Source of the DNA: an uncultured Chloroflexia bacterium
GTDB taxonomy: Bacteria; Chloroflexota; Limnocylindria; Limnocylindrales; CSP1-4
Assembly (NCBI GenBank): GCA_963768035.1
Contig: CAVYGJ010000007.1
Location: forward strand, 223,157 to 287,156
Length of the DNA stretch: 64,000 nucleotides
Direction: 5' to 3'
In this document: positions 10,256 through 20,746 of the stretch, in pieces
Position numbering within the stretch: position 1 is the first letter of the stretch
Layout: each line of letters opens with the position of its first letter
Translations under genes and position numbers: made by a program
The notes under the pieces: model-generated
Seen by the model: only the letters and a program-made list of their open reading frames with translations
Told to the model about the DNA's origin: nothing
The model's database searches: none

Positions 10256-11835
10256 TCAGCCGGCCCGCCCGACGGCCATCCGGTCCACCGGGGCGCGGAA
10301 GCGGGCCGCCTCGTCGAGGTGGACCGCGCCAACGGCCTCGTCGCCCGCGAGGTCGGCGATCGTTCGCGCCACGCGGAGCAGCCGGTCCGTCCCCCGGCCG
10401 GACAGGCCCTCGCGCTCGGCGAGGAGCACGGCCCTCGTCACCGAGCCCGGCGCGAGACGGCACGCATCCCTGAGCGCACGGCCCGCGATCCGGGCGTTCG
10501 GCAATCCGGCCGTTGCGGGCCGCCTGGCGGGCTCGCGCCGCCGCGATCCGGCTCGCGACCGTCTCCGAGGGCTCGGGCGCCGGTCCGGACACGATCGTCG
10601 CGGGCGGGACGCGGTCCACGGCCACCCACAGGTCGACCCGGTCGCGGAGCGGACCCGACACGCGCCGCAGGTACCGCTCGGGGACGCCGGGCGGACACGT
10701 GCACGACCGGTCGCCCGACCCGAACTGGCCGCACGGGCACGGGTTCATCGCGGCCACGAACGTGAACCGCGCGGGAAACGTCTCGGCCCGCCCGACGCGC
10801 ACGACGGACACGCTCCCGTCCTCGAGCGGCTGGCGCAGCGCTTCGAGGACGTCGCGGCCGAACTCGGGCAGCTCGTCGCAGAACAGCACGCCCTGGTCGG
10901 CGAGGGTCACCTCTCCGGGCGAGAGCCGCGGCCCGCCGCCCACCATCCCGGCATACGAGGTGGTGTGGTGGGGTGCACGGACCGGCGGACGGCGCACGAG
11001 GTCGCTGACCGGCGCGCCCGACGCGACGGAGGCCACGACCGTCGCCGCGAGCGCCGCCTCGTCGTCGAGGTCCGGCAGGAGCCCGGGGATCGTCCGGGCG
11101 AGGAGCGTCTTCCCGGCGCCGGGCGGCCCGATGAGGAGCATCGCGTGGCCGCCCGCGAGGGCGATCTCGAGCGCGCGCCGGGCGGTGGACTGGCCCCGCA
11201 CGTCGGCGAGGTCCACGACCCCGTCGGGAACCGTGCGTGCTGCCTCGCCCTCGCCGCGCCCGACATCGATGCCGTTGGTCGCGCGGGGCAGGGGCAGCGG
11301 CGCGGCACGACGCGTCCGCGACGAGCGCACGAGCGCGGCCGCCTCGGCGACCGTGTCCGCCGGCAGGGCATCGATCCCGCCCGCGAGGCGGGCCTCGCCG
11401 ATGGCCTCCCCCGGGACGATGACGCGTCCGACGCCCCGGCGCGCCAGTGCGAGGCACATCGGCAGGACGCCCGGGACCCGGCGCACCTCGCCGCCGAGGC
11501 CGAGCTCCCCCACCAGCGCGAGCCCGGCCGGACCGGCGCGGAGCTGCTCGGAGCCGAGCAGGATGCCGATCGCGATCGCGAGGTCGAGCGAGGCCCCGGC
11601 CTTCCGGAGCTCCGCCGGGCGCGAGATTCACCGTGATCCGGCGCGGCGGATGGTGATAGCCGGCGTTGCGCAGCGCGCCGCGGACGCGCTCCCGGGCCTC
11701 GGACAGCGCGGCGTCCGGCAGGCCGACGATCGTGAACCCGGGCAGGCCCGGGGCGACGTCGACCTCGACCCGGACGACGCGGCCGGTGATCCCGTTGAGG
11801 GTGGCGGAGAGCAGGGTCGCGAGCACGGGCGCCAC
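10256..11835 (-). CDS. comM: ComM/YifB-family Mg-chelatase-like AAA+ ATPase, with frameshifts near 11595 and 10510.
   Basis: Lon-like N-domain ([40 protein letters not shown]), AAA+ core ([34 protein letters not shown]) and C-terminus ([29 protein letters not shown]) sit in three successive frames. Confidence 0.7.
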
Positions 11836-11899
11836 GGTAGGCGGCGCCGCTCACCCCGGACTTATCTGCCGCTCACCGCGGCATGGGCGATCCCGCCGA

Positions 11900-13072
11900 T
11901 CAGCGACCCGCGACCGGCGCCAGCTGCGCGACGGCCTCGCCGGACGACTTGTCGACGGCACGCGCGAAGTCGAGCACCGACCGCCCGAGCACCGAGTCCG
12001 CCTTCGAGACCATGAACGGCGCGCCGGAGTTGAGCGCGGAGATCGCGCCCCGGTACTCGTTCACGATCTGGAGCTCGATCGGCCGCCGCAGCGCGCCCTC
12101 GGCGCTCTTGACGTTGATGCCGGTGAACGCGTTGGACCGGTTGAGGACGAGCTTGAGCTTGTTCCCCTCGTAGCCCAGGTGGCCGATCGTCTCGAGCACG
12201 AGCCGGACGTTCTTGAGGCACGACAGGTCGGCGGTCATCACCGCGAAGATCGTCTCCGCGACGTCGAGGACCATGAGGTTGAGGTCGTCGAGCCGCTTGT
12301 CGATGTCCACGATCACGTAGTCGTACATGCTCGCCAGGATCTCGAGGATCTGGTGCATGTGCGCGGCCGAGACGAGGTCGGCGGACTCGGGCGTGGGCGG
12401 CGCGAGCAGCAGGTCGACGCCCGAGTCGTGGGTCTGGACGATCGACTTCACGAGGTCCGCGTCCATCGCCGGCGCGCTGACCACGTCCACGATGCCCTTG
12501 CGGTCGAGGCCGAGGTCGAGGAACACGCGGTGGTCGCCGAACTGGAGGTTGCCGTCCACGAGGCAGACCCGCCGCCCGAGGCCCTGGAGCGCGATCGCCG
12601 CGTTGATCGCGATCGTCGTCGTGCCCACGCCGCCCTTCGCGCCGTAGTAGGCGTGGACGCGGCCCATCGGCGGGCGGCCCATGAGCGTGTCGCTGGGCGC
12701 GAAGCGCGCGATGAGCGACTTCATCCGCGCGAGCAGCTCCGCGGGATGGAACGGCTTGATGAGGTAGTCGTCGGCGCCGGCACGGAGCGCCCGCACCCGC
12801 TGCTGCACGTCCTTGTCGGACGTCAGCATGATGATCGGGACGTGCTGACCCTGGCCTTCCTCGGCGCGGATCCGTGTCGCGACCTCGAAGCCGTCCACGC
12901 CCTGGGGCATGGCGTCGAGCAGGATCAGTGACGGCGACTCCCGCTGCCACAGCGCGAGACCGTCCGCCCCGCTCGCGGCGATGAGCACCTCGTACCCCTC
13001 CTGCTTGAGGGTGTACTGGAGGAGTCGCTGGACACTCGCGTCGTCATCGACGACGAGGACCTTGCCGGCCAT
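11900..13072 (-). CDS. Response-regulator receiver domain fused to a MinD/ParA-type ATPase (CpaE/TadZ-like), copy 1.
   Basis: Receiver domain with acidic pocket and phospho-acceptor (KVLVVDDD...LILLDAMPQG...IIMLTSDKD) followed by a deviant Walker A (YGAKGGVGTT) and a MinD-like fold. The start is at 13072 (MAGKV) or 13102. Confidence 0.7.
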   Translation of the reverse strand: MAGKVLVVDDDASVQRLLQYTLKQEGYEVLIAASGADGLALWQRESPSLILLDAMPQGVDGFEVATRIRAEEGQGQHVPIIMLTSDKDVQQRVRALRAGADDYLIKPFHPAELLARMKSLIARFAPSDTLMGRPPMGRVHAYYGAKGGVGTTTIAINAAIALQGLGRRVCLVDGNLQFGDHRVFLDLGLDRKGIVDVVSAPAMDADLVKSIVQTHDSGVDLLLAPPTPESADLVSAAHMHQILEILASMYDYVIVDIDKRLDDLNLMVLDVAETIFAVMTADLSCLKNVRLVLETIGHLGYEGNKLKLVLNRSNAFTGINVKSAEGALRRPIELQIVNEYRGAISALNSGAPFMVSKADSVLGRSVLDFARAVDKSSGEAVAQLAPVAGR

Positions 13073-13174
13073 TCGACCTCCCGGATCGATTTGCCGCACC
13101 ACGTCGGGCGCGCGTGCCCCGACCCCCGACGGCGTCTTGCCTGCAGTATAGGGGGCGGGTCCGGCCCGTCCCTC

Positions 13175-14155
13175 CTACGATCGGGCCACCTCGAAGGCGG
13201 ACCGGAGATGGGTCGCCACGGCGTCCTCCCACGCGGCCGGATCGGTGGCGTGGGCATCCCCGTGGCCGGCGCCCGCGACGACGAGGCGGCGGGTGCCCTC
13301 GGGCGCCGCGGCGGCGAGGCGGTCGGCATCCGCGGGCGTCACGATCGCGTCCGCGCCGCCCGCGACGAGCAGCAGCGGGACGTCCTCGAGGAGACGCACG
13401 GCGCGGATCGGCTCCGTGGCTCGCGGGTCCACGCCCACCGCTCGGGCGACGCCCGCGAACGCCTGGTCCCCGAGCCTGGACCCCAGCGGGACGCGCAGCC
13501 GGCGAGCGACGAGGAGCCGCAGCTCGGGCGTCACGGACTCGGCGACGACGGCCACGATCCTCGGCCGGGGCGGCGTGGACACGCCGACGGGCGCATCCGG
13601 GTCCGCGTCCGCGGCCGCGAGCCGTCCGTCACCGAGGACGGCGACCGACGTGAGGGCGACGATGCCGCCCATCGACGATCCCATGAGCGCCACCCGCCGG
13701 ATCCCCCGCTCGCCGAGCCAGGCGAGGGCGCCGGCCACGTCCTCGACCTCCAGCGCCCCGAACGTCGTCGGGCCGTCGGCCGAGCCGCCATGCCCCCGGA
13801 AGTCGAGCCCGAGCACGTTCGCGGTCCGTCGGAGGAACGGCCCGTGGGCGACGAGGTCCGGCCCGACCGAGCCCGTCCAGCCGTGGAGCAGGAGGACCGC
13901 CTCGCGTGGGTCGGGCACCCAGCCGTCATCGCCGGGCTCCGCGGGCAGCCAGCGGCCCGACAGCCGGACGCCGTCCCGCGCGAGCAGCCGGACGACCTCG
14001 CCGCCGAGCGCCTCGACCGCGGGCCGGAGCGCGTCCTCGCCAGGGCCGGTGCGTGGCGCGTCCATGAGGCGCCGCGCCATGCGGTCGCCGACGGGTCGCA
14101 CCGCCAGCAGGGCGACGACCGGTGCCGCCGCCGCCAGGAGGAGCCGCCGCATCAC
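13175..14155 (-). CDS. Alpha/beta-fold hydrolase with an N-terminal signal peptide.
   Basis: Signal-like N-terminus (MMRRLLLAAAAPVVALLAV), HGWTGS oxyanion-hole region and a GSSMGG nucleophile elbow. Its start overlaps the stop of the SPFH gene. Confidence 0.65.
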   Translation of the reverse strand: MMRRLLLAAAAPVVALLAVRPVGDRMARRLMDAPRTGPGEDALRPAVEALGGEVVRLLARDGVRLSGRWLPAEPGDDGWVPDPREAVLLLHGWTGSVGPDLVAHGPFLRRTANVLGLDFRGHGGSADGPTTFGALEVEDVAGALAWLGERGIRRVALMGSSMGGIVALTSVAVLGDGRLAAADADPDAPVGVSTPPRPRIVAVVAESVTPELRLLVARRLRVPLGSRLGDQAFAGVARAVGVDPRATEPIRAVRLLEDVPLLLVAGGADAIVTPADADRLAAAAPEGTRRLVVAGAGHGDAHATDPAAWEDAVATHLRSAFEVARS

Positions 14156-15120
14156 CCGGCGGCAGGCCCGCCGGGTGCGCCGCCCGTCGCGCCGCCCGCG
14201 TCCACGACAGCCGCGCTGCTCGCCTCGGCGCCGGTCGCCGCGGCGGCGGCCATGCCCTCGCTCACGTAGCCGCCGATGCGGTCGGCGAGCCGGGTGAACT
14301 CGGTCGGGATGATGTACTTCGTGGACGGGCTCGCCCCGATCGCCTTGAGCGCCTCGAGGTACTGGAGCGTCATCGTCTTCTCGTCGATCGTCGACGCCGC
14401 GGAGTAGATCCGCTCGAGCGCCTGGCTGAAGCCCTCGGCCCGCAGGATCGCGGCCTGCCGCTCGCCCTCCGCCTTGAGGATCTCGGACTGCTTCTGGCCC
14501 TCGGCGACGTTGATCGCGGCCTGCCGGTTGCCCTCGGACTCGGTGATGACGGCGCGCCGCGTCCGCTCCGCGGAGAGCTGGCGGTTCATCGCGTCCTGGA
14601 CGTCACGCGGCGGCGTGATCTCGCGGATCTCGACCGTGGTGACCTTGCCGCCCCAGCGCTCGGTGACCTCGTCGAGCTTGACCCGCAGGACCTCGTTGAT
14701 CTGCTCCCGCTTGGACAGGACCTCGTCGAGGCTGATGTCGCCGATGACGGCGCGCAGCGTCGTGGACGCGACGCCGAGGAGCATGTCGTCGAGGCGCTGC
14801 GGCGCGAGCACGCTCTTGAGCGGGTCCTGGATCCGCCAGTAGACGAGGAAGTCGACGTTGATCGGCGCGTTGTCCTTGGTGATCGTCGTCTGGCTGGGGA
14901 CCTCGGTCAGCGTCTCGCGGAGGTCCACCTTGACCGGCCGGTCGATGACCGGGACGAGGAACCGCAGGCCGGGTTGGCGGACCATCTGCTCGTTCGTCCG
15001 GCCCAGCCGGAACACGACCATCTTCTCGTACTGCTGCACGACCCGGACCGAGAGGTACAGGATCGCGAGCAGGACGATGACGAGGAACAGCACGGTTCCG
15101 AGGGCGACGGCGAGCTCCAC
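14152..15120 (-). CDS. SPFH/band-7 (stomatin-like) membrane protein.
   Basis: N-terminal TM helix followed by an SPFH core (VVFRLGRTNEQMVRQPGLRFLVPVIDR...KDNAPINVDFLVYWRI) and a coiled-coil, Ala/Glu-rich C-terminus. Confidence 0.85.
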   Translation of the reverse strand: MELAVALGTVLFLVIVLLAILYLSVRVVQQYEKMVVFRLGRTNEQMVRQPGLRFLVPVIDRPVKVDLRETLTEVPSQTTITKDNAPINVDFLVYWRIQDPLKSVLAPQRLDDMLLGVASTTLRAVIGDISLDEVLSKREQINEVLRVKLDEVTERWGGKVTTVEIREITPPRDVQDAMNRQLSAERTRRAVITESEGNRQAAINVAEGQKQSEILKAEGERQAAILRAEGFSQALERIYSAASTIDEKTMTLQYLEALKAIGASPSTKYIIPTEFTRLADRIGGYVSEGMAAAAATGAEASSAAVVDAGGATGGAPGGPAAG

Positions 15121-15149
15121 GAACGGGGCCTCCAGCGGCTAGGTGCGCT

Positions 15150-15826
15150 CGGCCGGCAGCGACGCGGCCGGCGCGGGAACGACTGAGGGTGGTGCCGCCT
15201 CGAGCGGCTCGACGATGGCGATCAGGCCGTCGAAGCCGACGAGCCGGACGGGCGTGTCGCGTGGGACAGGCAGCCTCGGTGGGCGTTCGGGCGCTCCAGG
15301 TCTCGCCGCCCAGCTGGACGGTGCCCAGCGGCTCGAGCGGCGCCTGGACGACGCCCGGGGTCCCCGGATCCGGGGGCGTGCCGACGATGCCCTTTGGGGG
15401 CCGCATCCTGCGCACGCGGACGGCGGCGATCGAGACGAGGCCCATGAGCAGCGTCATCGTCCCGACCGACAGGACGATCAGCACCGGCGACACGTGGGCG
15501 ACCTCGCCCGACGAGGTCGGCGTGTCCGAGTACAGGAAGATCGCGCCGAGCGCGAGCGCGACGATCGCGAGGACCGTCAGCACGCCGTGGCTCGTGAACT
15601 GGGTCTCGGCGATGAACAGCACGAACGCGAAGGCGATCAGCAGGAGCGCCGCGGTGTTGACCGGCAGGTTGCCGAACCCGATCAGCGACAGGACGATCGC
15701 GACCGCGCCAAGCACGCCCGTCACGGCGTTGGGGTGGACGACCTCGATCGCGATGCCCAGCGCGCCGATCACGAACAGCGCGAACGCGATGTTCGGGTCG
15801 GAGAGGAACGCCGTGATCTCGTCCAT
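15150..15826 (-). CDS. NfeD-family membrane protein, the usual stomatin operon partner; frameshift near 15240.
   Basis: Multi-TM N-terminus (MDEITAFLSDPNIAFALFVIGALGIAIEVV...). The C-terminal OB-fold (PVRLVGFDGLIAIVEPLEAAPP) is only readable in a second frame ending about 15150. It sits directly upstream of the SPFH gene. Confidence 0.6.
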
Positions 15827-15889
15827 CGGCTGAGGCCGCCTCGCTGGTCGCACGGACTGGGGGCCGCGACGACAGCCTGAGTATGGCAC

Positions 15890-16501
15890 TCAGTCGCGCG
15901 GAGGGTCCGCCGCGGCACTGTCCCCGTCGACGAGCGCGTCGAACACGAGCCGGCTCCACGTCTCCATCGCGTCGCGGACCGCTGCCGTCTCGGCGGTCGT
16001 GGCGAACGAGCCCGCGAGCTTGTCCGTCTCGCGGATCGCGACCGGCCGTCCTGCCGCGTCGGCGACGAACACGACCCCCACGTGCACGGCACCGACCGGC
16101 GTCGTGTCGTCGTTGAGGAGGCCCACCGGGACGAAGTCGGGCACGAAGTCGGCCGCGACCTCCTCCGACCACTCGCGCCGGAGCCCGCCGGCGACGTCGC
16201 CGTCGCCCGGGTTGAGGTGCCCGCCGACCCCGATCGACCACAGGTCGTGGAGGCGGGCGTCGCCGCCCGCCTTCGTGCGTCGCATGAGGAACCACCGCTC
16301 CCCGTCGCGGAGGACGAGGTACGGGATCACCTGCTTGTGGGTCGGGTCCTCCTCGGCGTCGCCCCGACGCATGAAGAAGCCGTCGCGCCCGACGGCGTCG
16401 AGCGCCGCCTCGATCCCGTCGCGGCGCACGCCGAGCCAGCCGTCCCCCGGGACGATCGACGCCCGCGGGACGACGAGCACCTGCTCGTCGGGGTCGCCCA
16501 T
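15890..16501 (-). CDS. NUDIX hydrolase.
   Basis: Nudix box (GGHLNPGDGDVAGGLRREWSEEV). The ATG overlaps the tyrA stop in a TGATG arrangement. The long 5' ORF extension to 17158 is low-complexity and overlaps tyrA. Confidence 0.7.
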   Translation of the reverse strand: MGDPDEQVLVVPRASIVPGDGWLGVRRDGIEAALDAVGRDGFFMRRGDAEEDPTHKQVIPYLVLRDGERWFLMRRTKAGGDARLHDLWSIGVGGHLNPGDGDVAGGLRREWSEEVAADFVPDFVPVGLLNDDTTPVGAVHVGVVFVADAAGRPVAIRETDKLAGSFATTAETAAVRDAMETWSRLVFDALVDGDSAAADPPRD

Positions 16502-17373
16502 CAGGCGTCGCCCGCCAGGAGCCGGGCCCGGGCCGCCGCGAACCGCGCGTGGAGCGCGGGCTCGTCCGGTTCGTCGGCCGCCTCGAGCAGCGCCAGCCAC
16601 TCGTCGATCACGGCCTGCAGGTCGCGGAGGCGGGCGGCGATCGCGGGGGCGTTCGTCGCGGCGATCCCCGCGTCCATCGTCGCGTCGCCCCGGGCGAGCC
16701 GCGTCATCGACGCCCACCCGCCGGCCGCGAGCGCCTCGGCCCACGCCCAGTCGCCACGCGGCTCGGCGCCCGTCCCGGCGACCGCCTCGACGAGCGCCGC
16801 GGACACGACGAGCGGCATGTGGCTGATGGCGGCGACATACGTGTCGTGGGCCCGGGCATCGAGTCGGAACGGGTTCGCGCCGCACGCCCGGGCGAGGGCC
16901 TCCACCCGCGCGACCGCCGCGTCGTCCGGGCGCACCGGCACGAGCACCCACGGGCGGTCGCGGAACAGGTCGCCGTCGGCGGCGCCGAACCCCGTGGTCT
17001 CCCTGCCCGCCATCGGGTGGCCGCCCACGAACCGGAGCCCGAGCGTCGTCGCCTGGTGCACGATCGCGGCCTTCGTGGACGCGACGTCGGTGATCACGAC
17101 GTCCGGCGAGAGGAACGGCGCGACCGGCCCGGCGAGCTCGTCGAGCAGCGCGAGGCACTCGCCCGGCGGCGCGGCGAGCACGACGAGCTCCGCCCCGTCG
17201 ACCGCGGCCTCGATCGTCCCGGCCGCGAGGTCGAGGACGCCGGCGGCGGCGGCGTCACGGGGACCGGCCCCGCGCGGCGTCCACGCGGCGACGCTCCAGC
17301 CACCCGCGGCATCCTGCCGGAGCGCGCGGGCGATCGAGCCTCCGATCAGCCCCAGACCGAGGAGAGCGACGCG
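16501..17373 (-). CDS. tyrA: Prephenate/arogenate dehydrogenase.
   Basis: NAD-binding start (VRVALLGLGLIGGSIARAL) and TyrA motifs (FVGGHPMAG...RPWVL). The likely GTG start is at 17373. Confidence 0.7.
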   Translation of the reverse strand, partial: RVALLGLGLIGGSIARALRQDAAGGWSVAAWTPRGAGPRDAAAAGVLDLAAGTIEAAVDGAELVVLAAPPGECLALLDELAGPVAPFLSPDVVITDVASTKAAIVHQATTLGLRFVGGHPMAGRETTGFGAADGDLFRDRPWVLVPVRPDDAAVARVEALARACGANPFRLDARAHDTYVAAISHMPLVVSAALVEAVAGTGAEPRGDWAWAEALAAGGWASMTRLARGDATMDAGIAATNAPAIAARLRDLQAVIDEWLALLEAADEPDEPALHARFAAARARLLAGDA

Positions 17374-17383
17374 CACCGGCGGG

Positions 17384-17632
17384 CTACTGCTGCGGGGCGC
17401 GGCGACGCAGCGTGCGCCGCTCGGCGACGCGCCGCTCACCCCTGCCGGCCGGCGGGCCGGGCACGTCGGGCGGGTTCACGCGGCGGATCGTCGTGCGCCG
17501 GTCGACGTCGCGCCGCTCGTACTCGAGGAACGCGCCGCAGCGCGGGCAGCGACGCTCCTCGGCGAACAGGGCGTCGATGTTCGCGACCGTGTAGATCTGG
17601 CGACCGCACGCGCGGCATGCAAGCTTCGGCAC
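17384..17632 (-). CDS. Small zinc-ribbon protein (CxxC...CxxC), hypothetical.
   Basis: 82-aa ORF ([14 protein letters not shown]...[11 protein letters not shown]) with strong GC3 codon bias and an AGGA motif 5 nt upstream of the ATG. Confidence 0.4.
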   Translation of the reverse strand: MPKLACRACGRQIYTVANIDALFAEERRCPRCGAFLEYERRDVDRRTTIRRVNPPDVPGPPAGRGERRVAERRTLRRRAPQQ

Positions 17633-17675
17633 CCGGCCATCCTACCCGCTGGCCCGGTGGCGAAACTGTCGGCTG

Positions 17676-19047
17676 CTAGACGCTCGGCAGCGCCGCCAGC
17701 GCCTCGGCGACCTTCTCCGCCGGGTACTCGTAGTCCTCGAGGTCGCCGGCGAGGTGGCGCTCGTACGCGGACAGGTCGAAGTGGCCGTGGCCGCACAGGT
17801 TGAACAGGATCACGCGGGCCTCGCCCGCCTCCTTCGCCTCGAGCGCCTGGTCGATCGCGACCTTGATGGCGTGGGTCGGCTCGGGCGCCGGGAGGATGCC
17901 CTCCGCCCGGGCGAACGTGACGCCGGCCTCGAAGCAGGCGCGCTGGTGGACGCTCGTCGCCTCGATCACGCCCTCCTCCTTGAGCAGCGACACGAGCGGG
18001 CTCATGCCGTGGTAGCGGAGGCCGCCGGCGTGGATGGGCTCCGGGATGAAGTCGGAGCCGAGGGTGTGCATCTTCACGATCGGCGCCATGTGGCCCGTGT
18101 CGCCGAAGTCGTAGGCGTAGATGCCGCGGGTCAGGGACGGGGCGGCCTCGGGCTCCGCGGCGATGATCCGGTAGCTCGCCTCGCCGCGGAGCATCTGGCC
18201 GATGAACGGGAACGTGAGGCCCGCGAAGTTCGAGCCGCCACCCGCGCAGCCGATGATCACGTCGGGCTGCTCGCCGGCCATCGCCATCTGCTCCTGGGCC
18301 TCCAGGCCGATCACCGTCTGGTGGAGCAGCACGTGGTTGAGCACGGAGCCGAGGGCGTACTTCGTGTCGTCGCGGGTCGCGGCGTCCTCGACAGCCTCGC
18401 TGATCGCCATGCCGAGCGACCCCGGCGAGTCGGGCGTCTGCGCCAGGACCGACCGGCCGTAGTTCGTCGTGAGGCTGGGGCTGGCGACCACCTGCGCGCC
18501 GTACGTCTCCATCAGGATCCGGCGGTACGGCTTCTGGTCGTAGCTCGCGCGGACCATGTAGACCTTGACCTCGAGGCCGAACACCGCGCCCGCGAAGGCC
18601 ATCGCGCTGCCCCACTGCCCGGCGCCGGTCTCGGTCGCGATCCGGGTCGTGCCCTCCTGCCTTGTTGAAGAACGCCTGGGCGAGCGCCGTGTTCGGCTTG
18701 TGGCTGCCGGCCGGGCTCACGCCCTCGTACTTGTAGTAGATGTGAGCTGGCGTATCGAGCGCCTTCTCGAGCCGGTGGGCGCGGTACAGGGGCGACGGGC
18801 GGTACAGGGCGTACGCCTCGCGCACCGGGTCGGGGATCTCGATCTCCCGCTCGGTGCTGACCTCCTGGAGGATGAGCGCCATCGGGAACAGGGGCGCGAG
18901 GTCGGCCGGCCCGATCGGCTGCATCGTCCCCGGGTGGAGCGGCGGGGGCGGCGGCGTCCGGAGATCGGCCGCGATGTTGTACCAGGCCCGCGGGATCCGG
19001 TCCTCGTCGAGGATGAACTTGGTCCTGCGGCTGCCGGTGCTGGCCAT
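17676..19047 (-). CDS. trpB: Tryptophan synthase beta chain, TrpB2 (long) type; frameshift near 18625.
   Basis: TrpB2 N-terminus ([20 protein letters not shown]...[29 protein letters not shown]) continues in a second frame through [28 protein letters not shown]...GGGSNFAG to a C-terminus at 17676. Confidence 0.75.
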
Positions 19048-19108
19048 CGAGGGTCGCCTCCGTGACGGGTTGCGGGACGCGGAGCCTAGCGCCTCCGGGA
19101 TCGCCCGA

Positions 19109-19708
19109 TCAACCCTCCGGTGCGCGGAGCAGGATCTCGTCCAGCGGCTCGTGGCGCGGCGGGCCGCCGCCGAGGTGGCTGCGGAAGAGGACGACCCGGT
19201 CGACGGTGAATGCGGTGGTCCATGCCTCGGCCGCGGCCTCGAGCGCCTGGGCGGTCAGCGCGGCGTCGCGGATGCCGGTCGCGTCGGTCCGGGCGACGGT
19301 GAGGTGGGGCCGGAACGGGCGTGCCTCCGCGGGCCAGCCGAGGCGCGCGAGGGGCGGCGAGAGGTCGTCCACGATCGACCCGAGCTGGGTCGCGCCGTCG
19401 ACGATCCCGAGCCACAGCGCCCGGATCTTGCGCCCCTCGGGCGGGAACGAGCCCGCGCCACCAAGCCGCACGTCGAAGGCCGGGCGCGGGCCGACGCCCT
19501 CGCGGACCGCGTCGACGACGGCCGGGACGCGGTCGGGCGCCGTGTCGCCGAGGAAGCGGAGCGTGACGTGGAGCGTGTCGAGGTGGACCCAGCGCGCGTA
19601 GCGGCCGAACGGGAGCGTGCGGACCGGCTCGATCAGGGCGTGGCACGCCTCGCGCGTCTCCGCGGGAACCGGGACCGCGACGAACAGGCGGTGGAGGGCC
19701 TCAGCCAC
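19109..19708 (-). CDS. thpR: RNA 2',3'-cyclic phosphodiesterase (2H/LigT family).
   Basis: Two H-x-T/S-x motifs (HVTLRFLG and HLTVAR) in a 199-aa ORF. Confidence 0.75.
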   Translation of the reverse strand: MAEALHRLFVAVPVPAETREACHALIEPVRTLPFGRYARWVHLDTLHVTLRFLGDTAPDRVPAVVDAVREGVGPRPAFDVRLGGAGSFPPEGRKIRALWLGIVDGATQLGSIVDDLSPPLARLGWPAEARPFRPHLTVARTDATGIRDAALTAQALEAAAEAWTTAFTVDRVVLFRSHLGGGPPRHEPLDEILLRAPEG

Positions 19709-20219
19709 CCTGCTCGCGCTTGTAGCGCTCGCGGTCCTCGAGCAGCACCTCGCGGGCGCGGTCCTGGTCGCGCCAGCCGACGACGTCGACCTCCTTCTCC
19801 TCGAGCAGCTTGTAGGTGTTGAAGAAGTGCTCGATCTCGACGAGGCGGTGGGGGCGCATCTGGTCCAGGCGCTCGATGTGCTGCTGGTGGGGGTCGCCGA
19901 GCGCGACGCACAGGGTCTTGAAGTCGAAGCCCATCTCGTCGCGCATCTCGAGCCCGCCGATGGGCCGCGCCCAGACGTGGCAGCCGGTGAACGTGGGCTC
20001 GTCGATGATCAGCAGCGCGTCGGTGTGGTCCTTGTCGTCGGCGCGCGTGCCCTCGATGAAGCCGTAGTCGAAGTTGTAGAACACGGCCGAGCTCAGGACC
20101 CGGTCGAGCCGGTAGACCCCGGCCTCCTCGTCGAACTCGTACTTGTTGCGGCTCCCGCGCGGGATCTCGACGACGATCTCGACCACATCGGGAAAGGCAT
20201 CGGCGTGCACGTTGCTCAT
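19701..20219 (-). CDS. ppa: Inorganic pyrophosphatase.
   Basis: Family I PPase motifs (EIPRGSRNKYEFD, DALLIIDEP) in a 172-aa ORF. Confidence 0.9.
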   Translation of the reverse strand: MSNVHADAFPDVVEIVVEIPRGSRNKYEFDEEAGVYRLDRVLSSAVFYNFDYGFIEGTRADDKDHTDALLIIDEPTFTGCHVWARPIGGLEMRDEMGFDFKTLCVALGDPHQQHIERLDQMRPHRLVEIEHFFNTYKLLEEKEVDVVGWRDQDRAREVLLEDRERYKREQGG

Positions 20220-20228
20220 GCGCGGACT

Positions 20229-20690
20229 CTACCGCGCCGGGCGCCGTCGGTCGCGGCCGGGTTCGATCCCATGACGTCGCCGGAGCTCAGCGAGCGTCGC
20301 CGTGCCGGCGCCGCCGTCGACCAGCTCCTGGTGGGCAGCGGGGAAGCCGTCGAGGGCGCTCGGCCAGACTGCGAGCCACCGGGCCGGGCCGTCACCGACG
20401 ATCCGCAAGCCGTGCTCGGTGTCGGGCGGGACGAGCACGAACGCGCCGGCAGCAATCTGCGTCACGCTTTCGGCGCCAAGCAGCTCGATCTCGCCCTCGA
20501 GAACGAAGAAGCCTTCGGCCTGCCCGCGATGGATGTGCGTCCATCCTCCTTCCCCGGGCACGCCCGACACGACGACCACGCCCCAGCCGCCGGACTCAGC
20601 CGCCGTCGTCTTGACCTCCAGATCGAGCGGCGGACCGAACATGGCGCCAGCTCCGGGCTCGACCACCGTCAACCCGTCAGCGGTCTGCAT
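20229..20690 (-). CDS. Cupin-domain protein.
   Basis: 153-aa ORF with cupin motifs (HIHRGQAEGFFVLEGEIEL, PPDTEHG). Confidence 0.5.
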   Translation of the reverse strand: MQTADGLTVVEPGAGAMFGPPLDLEVKTTAAESGGWGVVVVSGVPGEGGWTHIHRGQAEGFFVLEGEIELLGAESVTQIAAGAFVLVPPDTEHGLRIVGDGPARWLAVWPSALDGFPAAHQELVDGGAGTATLAELRRRHGIEPGRDRRRPAR

Positions 20691-20746
20691 CGATCAGCGC
20701 CCGCTCGCAGTGACGACGCGACGATGTCGCTGCATCCCTGCCGCCG

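Noticed and set aside
13091-14297. Plus-strand ORFs of 350-390 aa overlapping the alpha/beta hydrolase gene.
   Set aside because: They are antisense to a gene with a clear signal peptide and GSSMGG catalytic motif, and the translations are low-complexity.
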